Below, one piece after another: positions 48,586 through 56,778 of a DNA stretch of 56,778 nt. The translations under genes were made by a program, and so were the position numbers. The stretch's first letter is position 1. Each line of letters starts with the position of its first letter. This DNA comes from an uncultured Mycoplasmatota bacterium. GTDB lineage: Bacteria; Bacillota_I; Bacilli_A; RF39; UBA660. The stretch lies in NCBI GenBank assembly GCA_900551525.1, contig URWD01000003.1:1-56778 (forward strand), read 5' to 3'. The notes under the pieces are model-generated. The model was not told where the DNA came from, did not search any database, and was given only the letters and a program-made list of their open reading frames with translations.

Positions 48586-49809
48586 TCAATCAGTTATGTA
48601 AATTGCATCAGAAGATGTGCCAATACCAGATTTATATAAGACAGAAGATACAAGGTAAAAGGATGGTCTAACATATGTTGTTATATATTCTAAAGGTGAG
48701 ATTTTTGTAGGGGAAATATACGCATACAATATTCCATCCGTTGTCATATAATATCCCATTGTGTCACTAATAGTATTATCAGTAAAACATTCAAACAAAT
48801 AAAACGCTTCATTCTTACTATAATACAACCATGATGTATTATCCAAAGTCGAAAGATTCCAATTCGAACTATTCATTGCATATCTTAATTCACTAATAGA
48901 TATTGTACCAATTTTCATTGATAGCTTATGTTCCGCGCCACTTTCGACAATATACCAGTTTTTGGCTGTATACCAGTTTATTGTTAGTGGTGAAGTTGCA
49001 CTTCCTGCTAAAAATTTCACGTTTGTGTTATTGTTTTTGAAATTTAGTTTGCTTACCGAAGAAGAACTAACAATCCCACTTATCCAATTTTCTGTGGATA
49101 TCATATTTTTCCATCTGATATCAAATGTGTCAATAAATGTACTATTTAATGCATTATAGGCTTCCGTATCTGCAAATGAAGTAGCATTATATTTTGAAGT
49201 ATCGAATGTTCCAATATCATTATATTTTACTAGTTTTACTTTGCCATTAAAAACACCAATTATTCTATATAGGTTATCTGTTGGGCATGGACTTTCTGTT
49301 GAACCAAAACATACATAATTATTTGTTGTTTCACTTGCTCCAGCATATCTATATGAATTATCTCCGGCACCATTGGCTAATGTACTATCGTGATAATATA
49401 TGTTATTATCCCCTTGGGTTCCTGTATATAATGATTTTACATAGGTGGCTAATGTAAGAACTTTGTCAAAGTATACATAACACTTATCTGATACGTTGCC
49501 ACTCATAACAACTCTTTTATTTTCATCATCCCATGATAACTCTCCACCATTTTCACATTTTGAAAGTGTTGTATTAAACACATAACCATCTGTTGGCCAA
49601 CTACTAGCTGTTGTCATCTCATAATTGCCACTACCCGCTTCTGTTTCAAGCATCATTGATAAAGTATTTTCTTGTATTATTCTTTTTTTAATATTATCCG
49701 TACTTTCTTCATAAAAATTATTTTCCTTAGAACTTGTAACAAAGATAAAACTAATTGTTATTAACAAAATAACAGCTAAAGCAATAAATAATTTCATGTT
49801 TTTTTTCAT
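48586..49809 (-). CDS. Membrane-anchored or secreted protein with one Cys-bracketed module shared with the 675-aa glycine-rich protein
   Basis: RBS AAGGATGG, N-terminal anchor. The module YEMTTASSWPTDGYVFNTTLSKCENGGELSWDDENKRVVMSGNVSDKCYVYF matches three repeats in 53908-55935. Confidence 0.6.
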   Translation of the reverse strand: MKKNMKLFIALAVILLITISFIFVTSSKENNFYEESTDNIKKRIIQENTLSMMLETEAGSGNYEMTTASSWPTDGYVFNTTLSKCENGGELSWDDENKRVVMSGNVSDKCYVYFDKVLTLATYVKSLYTGTQGDNNIYYHDSTLANGAGDNSYRYAGASETTNNYVCFGSTESPCPTDNLYRIIGVFNGKVKLVKYNDIGTFDTSKYNATSFADTEAYNALNSTFIDTFDIRWKNMISTENWISGIVSSSSVSKLNFKNNNTNVKFLAGSATSPLTINWYTAKNWYIVESGAEHKLSMKIGTISISELRYAMNSSNWNLSTLDNTSWLYYSKNEAFYLFECFTDNTISDTMGYYMTTDGILYAYISPTKISPLEYITTYVRPSFYLVSSVLYKSGIGTSSDAIYITD

Positions 49810-49866
49810 ACATTACCATCCTTTTTATTTATATACCAAACAAAGCACAAAAAATTTGTCACCTTT

Positions 49867-49874
49867 TGTATAAT
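49867..49874 (+). promoter_or_regulatory. Extended -10 element TGTATAAT for the RHH gene
   Basis: Read directly. The -35 element is weak. Confidence 0.4.
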
Positions 49875-49911
49875 ATATCTTACTTTTTAATTTTACTACA
49901 AAAAGGAATAA

Positions 49912-49935
49912 TTTGCAATGCATTTTGCAATGCAT
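49912..49935 (+). repeat. Perfect tandem duplication of the 12-mer TTTGCAATGCAT in the RHH gene leader (candidate operator)
   Basis: Read directly. Each unit contains the palindrome ATGCAT. It lies between the extended -10 element and the RBS GGAGG. Confidence 0.85.
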
Positions 49936-49980
49936 ACTTTGAGTGTAAATTGTATTACGATATTGGTGGAGGTACTAAAG

Positions 49981-50190
49981 ATGGCATTTAGATTAAACGA
50001 AGAAAAAAGAGAAACAGAAAATAAAACAATAAGATTTCCTTTGCCTTTAATTAATAAAATTGAAAAAGAGTTATCAAACACTAACATAACATTTTCTAGA
50101 TTCGTTATTCAAGCTTGTGAATATGCACTTGAAAATATAGAAGAAAGAAATGATAAAAATGATTCTAAATCTAACATAAAAAATAAATAA
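49981..50190 (+). CDS. Small ribbon-helix-helix (CopG/Arc-like) DNA-binding protein
   Basis: ATG at 49981 with RBS GGTGGAGG. The KTIRFPLPLINKIEKEL..ITFSRFVIQACEYALEN pattern fits beta-strand-helix-helix. Confidence 0.5.
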   Translation: MAFRLNEEKRETENKTIRFPLPLINKIEKELSNTNITFSRFVIQACEYALENIEERNDKNDSKSNIKNK

Positions 50191-50217
50191 CTGCATCTAA
50201 AGCGATGCAGTTATTTT
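50189..50217 (+). terminator. Intrinsic terminator of the RHH gene
   Basis: AACTGCATC / GATGCAGTT followed by ATTTT. Confidence 0.7.
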
Positions 50218-50735
50218 AATATGCCATAACCAAATTTTATGTTATCAAAAAATAGAAAATTATGAACTGGATAAAATGTTAATATTATAAATAATATCAT
50301 TCCTAAAACTATAATAATAACTGGTAATATATTAATATTTAACTCTTCACTTTGAAGTATTTTTAAACTGATAAATTCCATTAAAGCATAAACAATTAAC
50401 ATTAAACTTATTGATACAAACATGGACTCACCGATAAGTTTGTAAATAGGAATGAAAATAATTAAATATATAATTACCCCAAGTACTGATTTAACCATAC
50501 TACTTATGTAAAAATTATTTATTTTAATTTTAAACTTATGATACAAAATAAATTCAAGAACTGATGAAAGTAATAGACAATAATAAATTATTTTCATATG
50601 TTCCCAGATACTTTCATTTACTGGAAAAAATAAAGCAAAGAAATTATTTGGAAGCAAATCATACATAAAATGCCATAAAAAAGATAGTAAAAAAAGAAAA
50701 ACAACATTAATTATTTTTATTTTCTTAATAGTCAT
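50211..50735 (-). CDS. Polytopic membrane protein (DUF6512-like; PVNESIWEH motif)
   Basis: ATG at 50735 with RBS AGGTGA. Five to six TM segments. Confidence 0.5.
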   Translation of the reverse strand: MTIKKIKIINVVFLFLLSFLWHFMYDLLPNNFFALFFPVNESIWEHMKIIYYCLLLSSVLEFILYHKFKIKINNFYISSMVKSVLGVIIYLIIFIPIYKLIGESMFVSISLMLIVYALMEFISLKILQSEELNINILPVIIIVLGMILFIILTFYPVHNFLFFDNIKFGYGILK

Positions 50736-50780
50736 AATATTCACCTAATAAATAGTATGAACTATATAGATAAAAATATG

Positions 50781-51344
50781 TTATTTTTCTTCTTTATATA
50801 TTGATGTAAATAATTCTTCTTCGTTTTCTTCTTTTGATTCATTTATTGGTAAATCTGGCAAATCACTTATTGTTGCTAAGCCAAAATAATCTAAAAATTC
50901 ATTAGTTGTGCGATATAAGTTTGGCTTACCTGGCAAATTACTTTTTCCACTAATTTTAACTAAATCTTTAGCCATTAATTTTCTAATCATATTAATACTT
51001 GCAATGCCCCTTAGTTCATCAATTTCTGCCCTAGTTATAGGCTGATTATAAGCAATTATGGCAAGTGTTTCTAATGCAGCACTTGATAAAGTATTTGTGC
51101 CTCTTGTTGTAATTAACTTTTGATAATATTCTTTGTGTTCTCCTTTTGTAGTTAATTTAAAAGCATCTCCAATAAAACTTACTCTAATACCTCTATTTTC
51201 CTTATTGTATTCATCTTGTAAATCTTTAAGAAGCTTTTGAGCTTCTTTTTTATCTACTTCTAAAACTTCAGCGATATTATCTAAAGTTATTCCTTCATCG
51301 CCTACTACAAAAAGAAGTCCTTCTAATATAGCTTCTTTATTCAT
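50781..51344 (-). CDS. scpB: Segregation and condensation protein B
   Basis: ILEGLLFVVGDEGITL..., two winged-helix pattern, 4-nt overlap with scpA. Confidence 0.9.
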   Translation of the reverse strand: MNKEAILEGLLFVVGDEGITLDNIAEVLEVDKKEAQKLLKDLQDEYNKENRGIRVSFIGDAFKLTTKGEHKEYYQKLITTRGTNTLSSAALETLAIIAYNQPITRAEIDELRGIASINMIRKLMAKDLVKISGKSNLPGKPNLYRTTNEFLDYFGLATISDLPDLPINESKEENEEELFTSIYKEEK

Positions 51345-52063
51345 AAATTCACTCTTTCTATATATATTTCACTAAAATTACTATCTTGTTTTAATGTAAT
51401 TTCTTTTTGTTTACACATGTCTAATATTGATAAAAATGTTGCTACTACTAAATCTTTTGTATATTCTTCAAAAAGGTCTGTAAATTTAACATTTTTTCTT
51501 TTAGTTAAATATTTTCTTATATATTCTTTTCTTTCTTCCACACTTATTTCTTTTCTAGTTATTTTAGTATTAATTGGCTTTTGATAATTCATTCTCTTTT
51601 GGAGTTCTATTAATGCTTCTTTTAAAAGTTCAGCATCCATGCTTCCTTCTAAAGTGTTTTTTTTATCAGCATACTTACCTAAGTTTTCTGGAAGTTTGGT
51701 AAAAAACTCATTTCTTTTTTCTTCAAGTTCTTTAAAGACACCTGTAATGTTTTGATATTTTTCATATTCAATTAATTTATTTTTTAAGTCTTCTTCACTA
51801 TTTATTGAATATTCATCTTCATCATTTGTACTTTCATCCTTTAAATTAAGTAGCAATCGGCTTTTTAAATGAATTAACTCTGATGCCATTACTAAATATT
51901 CACTAGCATCATCTAAGTCATCGCTTGGAATACTTTTTATAAATTCTAAATATTTATCTATTATATATTTTGTATCTATTTCATAAATATTCATTTTAGC
52001 TGTCTTAACTAGATGAAGAAGAAGGTCTAATGGACCTTCGAAATCATTTATACAAAGTTTCAT
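51341..52063 (-). CDS. scpA: Segregation and condensation protein A
   Basis: FEGPLDLLLHLV kleisin N-terminus. Confidence 0.9.
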   Translation of the reverse strand: MKLCINDFEGPLDLLLHLVKTAKMNIYEIDTKYIIDKYLEFIKSIPSDDLDDASEYLVMASELIHLKSRLLLNLKDESTNDEDEYSINSEEDLKNKLIEYEKYQNITGVFKELEEKRNEFFTKLPENLGKYADKKNTLEGSMDAELLKEALIELQKRMNYQKPINTKITRKEISVEERKEYIRKYLTKRKNVKFTDLFEEYTKDLVVATFLSILDMCKQKEITLKQDSNFSEIYIERVNL

Positions 52064-52072
52064 AAAATCCCC

Positions 52073-53008
52073 CTAACTGCATGTATAACCACTAGCTGTC
52101 ATTTCAAAATATATAACTTTGGCATCTGTTCCAAATGGGTATATTGTCTTTAAATTTAATGTGTCACTTTTAACGGAAGATAAATTTATAATAGTTTTAA
52201 AACTTAATAAACCATTTTCAAGTGTTATATTTGATGATACTCCTTCAATATTGTTGTAAGTAGTTTGTAACGCTTGATAATTATTATATAAATTGTTAAA
52301 GTTTGCATCTGTAGTATTAACTTCATAAATCAAATTTGTTGCATATACTTTGTTACTATTTAATAAATATTCTACTTTTTCATAGTTTTTAGTACAAGTT
52401 AAGGTTGCTACTCCTTCTTCAGGTACAGTAACAATATGTGATGGATACTCTTCTTCAGATATCTTAACTAATGATATTATTGATGCACTACTATCACTTA
52501 AATCATAAGTAGCATCTGCTTCAGAACTTGGACTAATAATATCTTGTAAATAAATTCTTTGAAGTAATTTTTTGTTGTCACTATATAAATTTATAAAATA
52601 ATGTGCATCTTTTAGTTCTAAAACTTCACTAGTTAAATTCGTAATTTTAAACTTAATTGTATTGTTTTCAATGTTGAAATTACTTATTTTAAAACTTTCT
52701 TCTGTTATTTCAAGATCATTTGCTATTTTGTATTCTTTTACTGATGTTTCATCTTTTGTATCATCTTCTTTTTTGTTATCTTTACTAGGTGTATTTGGCA
52801 CTACTACATCTGGATTAAGATAACTATTTATATATGCTGATATTTCTGGTAAGTAGATGACACCAGCAATAAAGATTATGAATATGATAAATATCCAAAT
52901 CATTCCAAAAACATTTGCTTTCTTTTTATCTTGTACAACAGCTAAGGTTGTTGGTACTAATTCTTCTTCTGAAATAACTATTTGTTTTTTCTTAGCCAAT
53001 TTAATCAT
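52073..53008 (-). CDS. Hypothetical membrane-anchored protein (311 aa)
   Basis: TM segment near residues 30-55 followed by an extracytoplasmic beta-rich region. Weak RBS. Confidence 0.5.
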   Translation of the reverse strand: MIKLAKKKQIVISEEELVPTTLAVVQDKKKANVFGMIWIFIIFIIFIAGVIYLPEISAYINSYLNPDVVVPNTPSKDNKKEDDTKDETSVKEYKIANDLEITEESFKISNFNIENNTIKFKITNLTSEVLELKDAHYFINLYSDNKKLLQRIYLQDIISPSSEADATYDLSDSSASIISLVKISEEEYPSHIVTVPEEGVATLTCTKNYEKVEYLLNSNKVYATNLIYEVNTTDANFNNLYNNYQALQTTYNNIEGVSSNITLENGLLSFKTIINLSSVKSDTLNLKTIYPFGTDAKVIYFEMTASGYTCS

Positions 53009-53116
53009 CCCATTTCATTCTACTTTAAATTATACTATAATTTCTAGGTATAAACAAGAAAAAATTAAAAATAAAAAATACTTAATTGAATTTAATTTCA
53101 TAAGTATTTAATATTT

Positions 53117-53629
53117 TTATTTTATAAGTCCATTTTGGGCATATTTTGTTTCATTTATGACTACGAAAGCATCTGGGTCATTACTTCTTACTATGTGAGT
53201 AAGTGTTTTTAATTTTGATTTATTAAGCTGAATCATTAACATTGTTTTGTCTTCATTATCTTGAGGATTTTTTAGATCTATTGCTGAGGCACCAAAACCT
53301 GCTTTTCTTATTTCTTCAAGCATCTTTTTGACTTTACTTGTTTTGGTTGTAACTTGAACTCCAATTAATCCATCAACAAAATTATTTGATATAAAACCAC
53401 CTATATAAGTTCCTGTTGCATAACCAGCTGAATAACATATTGGAATTAGTATTGATGTTACATCTGTTGTTAAGGCTTCTCTAGCTACTAAAAACCAAAT
53501 TAATACTTCAAAAAATGCAATAAAGGCCGGAGTAAATCTTCGACCTCTTACAACTAATACTGTTCTAATTGTACCTAATGTAACATCAATGATTCTGGCA
53601 AAAAATATTTTTAAACAAAGTAGTAACAT
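53117..53629 (-). CDS. UPF0316 (DUF2179) family membrane protein
   Basis: IFFARIIDVTLGTIRTVLVVRGRR signature. Confidence 0.8.
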   Translation of the reverse strand: MLLLCLKIFFARIIDVTLGTIRTVLVVRGRRFTPAFIAFFEVLIWFLVAREALTTDVTSILIPICYSAGYATGTYIGGFISNNFVDGLIGVQVTTKTSKVKKMLEEIRKAGFGASAIDLKNPQDNEDKTMLMIQLNKSKLKTLTHIVRSNDPDAFVVINETKYAQNGLIK

Positions 53630-53641
53630 ATTTTCACATCC

Positions 53642-53908
53642 TTATATATTAATTAATATGGTCAAAATTATTAAAATTACAAGTACAACTGAAATTATTA
53701 TTAACCCAAGTACTTTATTTTCTTTAACTTCACGATATTCTACATTATTTTGATGTCCATATTTTTCGCTCAAAAGTACAATTCTTTCGTTGTTTTTATC
53801 TTTCATTTTATTTTGATAACTTATTTGTTTTTGGTCCATTAAGGCTCCACAGAATTTGCAAACCATTCCATCACTTGGAAGAGGACTTCCGCATCTGTTA
53901 CATTTCAT
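53642..53908 (-). CDS. Zinc-ribbon plus single-TM small protein
   Basis: MKCNRCGSPLPSDGMVCKFCG, C-terminal TM segment. One-nt overlap with the upstream glycine-rich protein gene. Confidence 0.65.
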   Translation of the reverse strand: MKCNRCGSPLPSDGMVCKFCGALMDQKQISYQNKMKDKNNERIVLLSEKYGHQNNVEYREVKENKVLGLIIISVVLVILIILTILINI

Positions 53909-55935
53909 TAACTTAAATCCTTTCCTAAGTATGTTAAATATGCATATCCATTGCCAGCATGTCCAGTTTCTGTAGCACCAGTTGGTGATGTTATTGATTC
54001 ATTTCCAGCTTTCATTGAAGCATTTGTTAAATAGTATGAACTATTAAGTAAACATCCAGATGGATAATTTGAAGCGGTACTAGAAGTATAAATGTATCCT
54101 GAACCTCCACCGCCACCACGGTCATCATCACCTGAACCATCTGGTACGTTTCCTGAACCACCATACCAGCCGCCGCCGCCTGCTCCACCATAACCACTAC
54201 TTAAGTAGACACCGCCGCCGCCAAAGCCAAATCCTCCGGCATAATTAGCTAATGTATTTGAATTTAAACCAGTTGTTGTTTGGGTTGTTATTGTGTATGA
54301 TGCTGAATAACCTGAATATGTTTGAGTTCCGCCTTTTCCACCATAGTTACCTACAGCAGAATAACTTTCTGTACTTGAACCACCAGTTGTTCCACCGCCA
54401 TACATACCCTTTTTACCGGTAGCTCCATCTGAACCACCACCGCCAGCTACAATTACACGGGCAAGTAACGAATCTGTGTTAATACGTATATCGGTACCAC
54501 CGCCACCGCCATAATACTTATAACGGTAGCCGCCACCATTGTAACCTCCTGCACATATAGTTGAACCACAACCAGATGAACCATTTCCACCAGCTCCACC
54601 AGTGTGAATGTAAAGAACATCTCCAGCATTTAGATATATTGTTCCTTCAGCATATCCACCACGACCTGAATTTCCTTCAGTAGTTCTGTATCCGCCTTGA
54701 GCTCCCCATACTCTCATTTTGTAGTAGCCTGAAACAATCACATTAAATTGTTGTGCAGAATTTTGATAATCAAATGGTTTATCTAAAACATAGTCAGTTG
54801 TTGCTGTGGTTGTTAAAATTCCTGATGTATTTCCAGATGCATCTACAGAATAAGCTTTAAAAGTAAATTCTGTAAGTGGTGTTAAATTTGTAAATGTATA
54901 ACTATTTGATGTGCTTGTTACATATGTTGCACCATTATCTTTAGAATAGTAATAAGTAGTTGGTGTAACACCGATATTGCTATTAGTTAAATTTATTGTT
55001 ACATTTTGACCATTAACGATGTTTTGCATACTTTCAAGTATTGGTCCTGAACCAACATTTAAATATGCTACACAATTTGTTCTATTTGTTGCAGCTATTA
55101 TTATTTTTTGATTTTTCATACTCATTGTTGATGTACCTGTACAAGCAGATTTAGCACCTATTTCATAGAAGTTATTTGTTGGTATTTTATCTACTTCAAA
55201 ATATGTTGATGAACCTTTCTTTGATTGAACATAAATCTTTAAGGCAATATCTACATCCATTGCATCCATATAAGCTTTACATATTGCACCTTTTTTACTG
55301 GCATTAACTGTAAAGTTTTGTTTATTTGTATCAAATGTTACTGTTGAATCTGTTACATGTGTATTTAAATCATCGGCATATACACAATAAGATTTGCTAC
55401 TATTAAATTCATATCCTATTGATGGTAATGATGTTGTTTCAAGCTTTGTATATACTCCGTTTCCTACTCCATCACTATTGACATTTTCGGCATATACTTC
55501 AAGGGTTATATCTAGGCTTGCTGTTGATTTAAAATATAAATAACAAACATCATGTCCGGTTGCATTTATGCTTGCATCATATGTACTTGCATTATAATTT
55601 ATTGTTCCACCATTTGTACAATAACTCATGCTTGCTTCATATTTATAACCTGCTTTTGGTATATACGGATATACAGAGTAACTATTAACTCCATTTCCAT
55701 TTGTATCTCTATCTTCAGCCATGATTCTAACATCTAAATCAGGAATTTTAGGGGTTGTACTAAGTATAACTGGTGTAGTATCTACAACTTGGTAAAATGC
55801 ATATGAAACTATTAATCCTACACATGCTAAAATTACTACTATAGCTATGCTTACCAGTAGAATTTTATATTTATTTAAAAGATTTGTTACATCTTTATTT
55901 AGGATTTTTTTTAATTTTACGCGTAATTTATCCAT
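53908..55935 (-). CDS. Large anchored surface protein: three Cys-bracketed modules, an FN3-like domain, and a C-terminal glycine-rich domain (Gly_rich/ALK-LTK GRD-type)
   Basis: The anchor ends in SYAFYQV. The C-terminal ~290 aa show the family pattern Y.M.VWGAQGG...GRGGY..G...L..GD.LYIH.GGAGG, GGYNGGG, GGGGGTDIR......R.IVAGGGGS, GGKGGTQT, GFGFGGGG, GGAGGGGWYGGSG, GGGGGSGYI. Confidence 0.7.
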   Translation of the reverse strand: MDKLRVKLKKILNKDVTNLLNKYKILLVSIAIVVILACVGLIVSYAFYQVVDTTPVILSTTPKIPDLDVRIMAEDRDTNGNGVNSYSVYPYIPKAGYKYEASMSYCTNGGTINYNASTYDASINATGHDVCYLYFKSTASLDITLEVYAENVNSDGVGNGVYTKLETTSLPSIGYEFNSSKSYCVYADDLNTHVTDSTVTFDTNKQNFTVNASKKGAICKAYMDAMDVDIALKIYVQSKKGSSTYFEVDKIPTNNFYEIGAKSACTGTSTMSMKNQKIIIAATNRTNCVAYLNVGSGPILESMQNIVNGQNVTINLTNSNIGVTPTTYYYSKDNGATYVTSTSNSYTFTNLTPLTEFTFKAYSVDASGNTSGILTTTATTDYVLDKPFDYQNSAQQFNVIVSGYYKMRVWGAQGGYRTTEGNSGRGGYAEGTIYLNAGDVLYIHTGGAGGNGSSGCGSTICAGGYNGGGYRYKYYGGGGGTDIRINTDSLLARVIVAGGGGSDGATGKKGMYGGGTTGGSSTESYSAVGNYGGKGGTQTYSGYSASYTITTQTTTGLNSNTLANYAGGFGFGGGGVYLSSGYGGAGGGGWYGGSGNVPDGSGDDDRGGGGGSGYIYTSSTASNYPSGCLLNSSYYLTNASMKAGNESITSPTGATETGHAGNGYAYLTYLGKDLS

Positions 55936-56080
55936 ATGCCTCTAACCTATCCTATTAATAATTTTAAAATAAAATGTCCTTAAAGTCAATTACTTATAAT
56001 AAATTTATTTATAAATATTTTATTGATGTGTAAATTTATTATACCCTAAGTATTTAACCCAATACATATTTTAGGTAAAA

Positions 56081-56088
56081 CATACTAT
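56081..56088 (+). promoter_or_regulatory. Mother-cell sigma (E/K)-type -10-like element CATACTAT upstream of cotJ
   Basis: It matches the CATACA-T / CATA-NNN-TA patterns, 20 nt before the start codon. The -35 element is not convincingly placed. Confidence 0.3.
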
Positions 56089-56107
56089 AAGTTAGGGAGG
56101 AAAATTT

Positions 56108-56542
56108 ATGTTATTTGATGATAATTTAGGTTTCTTTGGATTTACAATACCTAAAGAAGTAAAATTTGATAAAACTAATATGCTTACTAGTGTACCAACT
56201 GGATTTACTAAAGGAAATATGTTTCAAGATGAATATGTTCCTTATAAAGATTATAAACCAGCTAAAATTGTAGCTAAAAATGAACAAGAAGAATTACTTT
56301 TAGAAATTATGGCATTATCTTTTGCAATTAATGATTTGAATATTTACTTAGATTTACATCCAGAAGATGCACAAATGTTAAAAAAATTTAAAGAACTTAC
56401 AGAAAAATCATGTGAAAAAGAAATGGAATATGTAAAGTGTTATGGTCCACTTGAAGTTATGGATAATGAATCTATTAATAAATTTGAATGGATTAATAAC
56501 CCTTGGCCATGGGAAAATACTGGAGGGACTAAATATGTTTAA
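56108..56542 (+). CDS. cotJB: Spore coat protein CotJB with an N-terminal CotJA-like segment
   Basis: CotJB core LLLEIMALSFAINDLNIYLDLHPED...YGPL...W.NNPWPWE. The N-terminal segment GFTKGNMFQDEYVPYKDY resembles the CotJA motif. RBS GGGAGG. Confidence 0.8.
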   Translation: MLFDDNLGFFGFTIPKEVKFDKTNMLTSVPTGFTKGNMFQDEYVPYKDYKPAKIVAKNEQEELLLEIMALSFAINDLNIYLDLHPEDAQMLKKFKELTEKSCEKEMEYVKCYGPLEVMDNESINKFEWINNPWPWENTGGTKYV

Positions 56543-56741
56543 ATATGTAAAACATTTGGCTTATCCAATTAGTGTTACTAAGAAAGATTTAAAAATGGCT
56601 AAATTAATTATTACACAAGTTGGAGGATATGCTGGAGAACTTGGAGCAACACTTAGATATTTTCACCAAAAATTTACGATGCCAGATGAAAAAGGAAGAG
56701 CCCTTTTAAACGACATAGCCACTGAAGAATTGACACAATAA
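56535..56741 (+). pseudogene. cotJC: N-terminal 68 codons of cotJC (manganese-catalase family), ending prematurely
   Basis: MFKYVKHLAYPISV..QVGGYAGELGATLRYFHQKFTMPDEKGRALLNDIATEEL, then TQ-stop, where homologs continue AHLEMI. RBS GGAGGG and an ATGTTTAA overlap with cotJB. No other frame continues the homology in the remaining 37 nt. Confidence 0.75.
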
Positions 56742-56778
56742 CTTTATCATAAATAAAAGCCACAAGTAAAATAAGAAG

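Noticed and set aside
49918-49980. Upstream in-frame extension of the RHH ORF (track start at 49918)
   Set aside because: That ATG lies inside the 12-bp tandem repeat with no RBS. The ATG at 49981 follows GGTGGAGG at ideal spacing.
54100-54700. Locally GC-rich patch in an otherwise very AT-rich window, as possible horizontally acquired DNA
   Set aside because: The enrichment is explained by runs of Gly codons (GGN) in the glycine-rich domain. The flanking parts of the same gene have normal composition.

Overview
Very AT-rich (well under 35% GC by eye, not computed), standard-code chromosome segment of a spore-forming Bacillota organism (Clostridia/Erysipelotrichia-like; yjcZ-like and cotJ genes are present). 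It holds about 60 protein genes, mostly on the minus strand and often translationally coupled. There is one intact tRNA-Met(CAT), two partial tRNA-Met 3' copies, and one orphan small-RNA gene with its own promoter and terminator. I saw no rRNA, CRISPR array, integrase, transposase or intact prophage. The housekeeping backbone is a partial ZIP transporter, clpC-like, lysS, a SufS-like desulfurase, a SEDS protein, a Ca-type P-ATPase, typA, rpsD with leader, an M16 peptidase pair, a dGTPase-like HD protein, an rSAM/SPASM protein, pcrA, ligA, scpA, scpB and cotJ. Accessory or unexplained content sits between these genes. (1) The most system-like locus is a monocistronic DUF3800 gene (20458-21186) bracketed by terminators. 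Its 3' UTR would be fully antisense to a convergent ~110-nt structured sRNA that has a near-consensus promoter. (2) A class B sortase carries a ~285-aa cytoplasmic N-terminal extension and sits divergent to a small surface protein with a non-canonical xTKTG sorting signal. (3) Several secreted proteins share an aromatic motif at the end of the N-terminal anchor. They include two TasA-like proteins, and a 675-aa protein with a C-terminal glycine-rich domain of the ALK/LTK type. (4) A coupled operon encodes a small membrane protein, rSAM/SPASM, an HD protein and an M16 pair. (5) Two decayed tRNA-Met 3' halves and short tandem repeats lie upstream of the intact tRNA. (6) cotJC stops inside its conserved metal-binding motif 37 nt from the window end. 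Domain calls come from motif recognition by eye, so they need HMM or structure searches to confirm.
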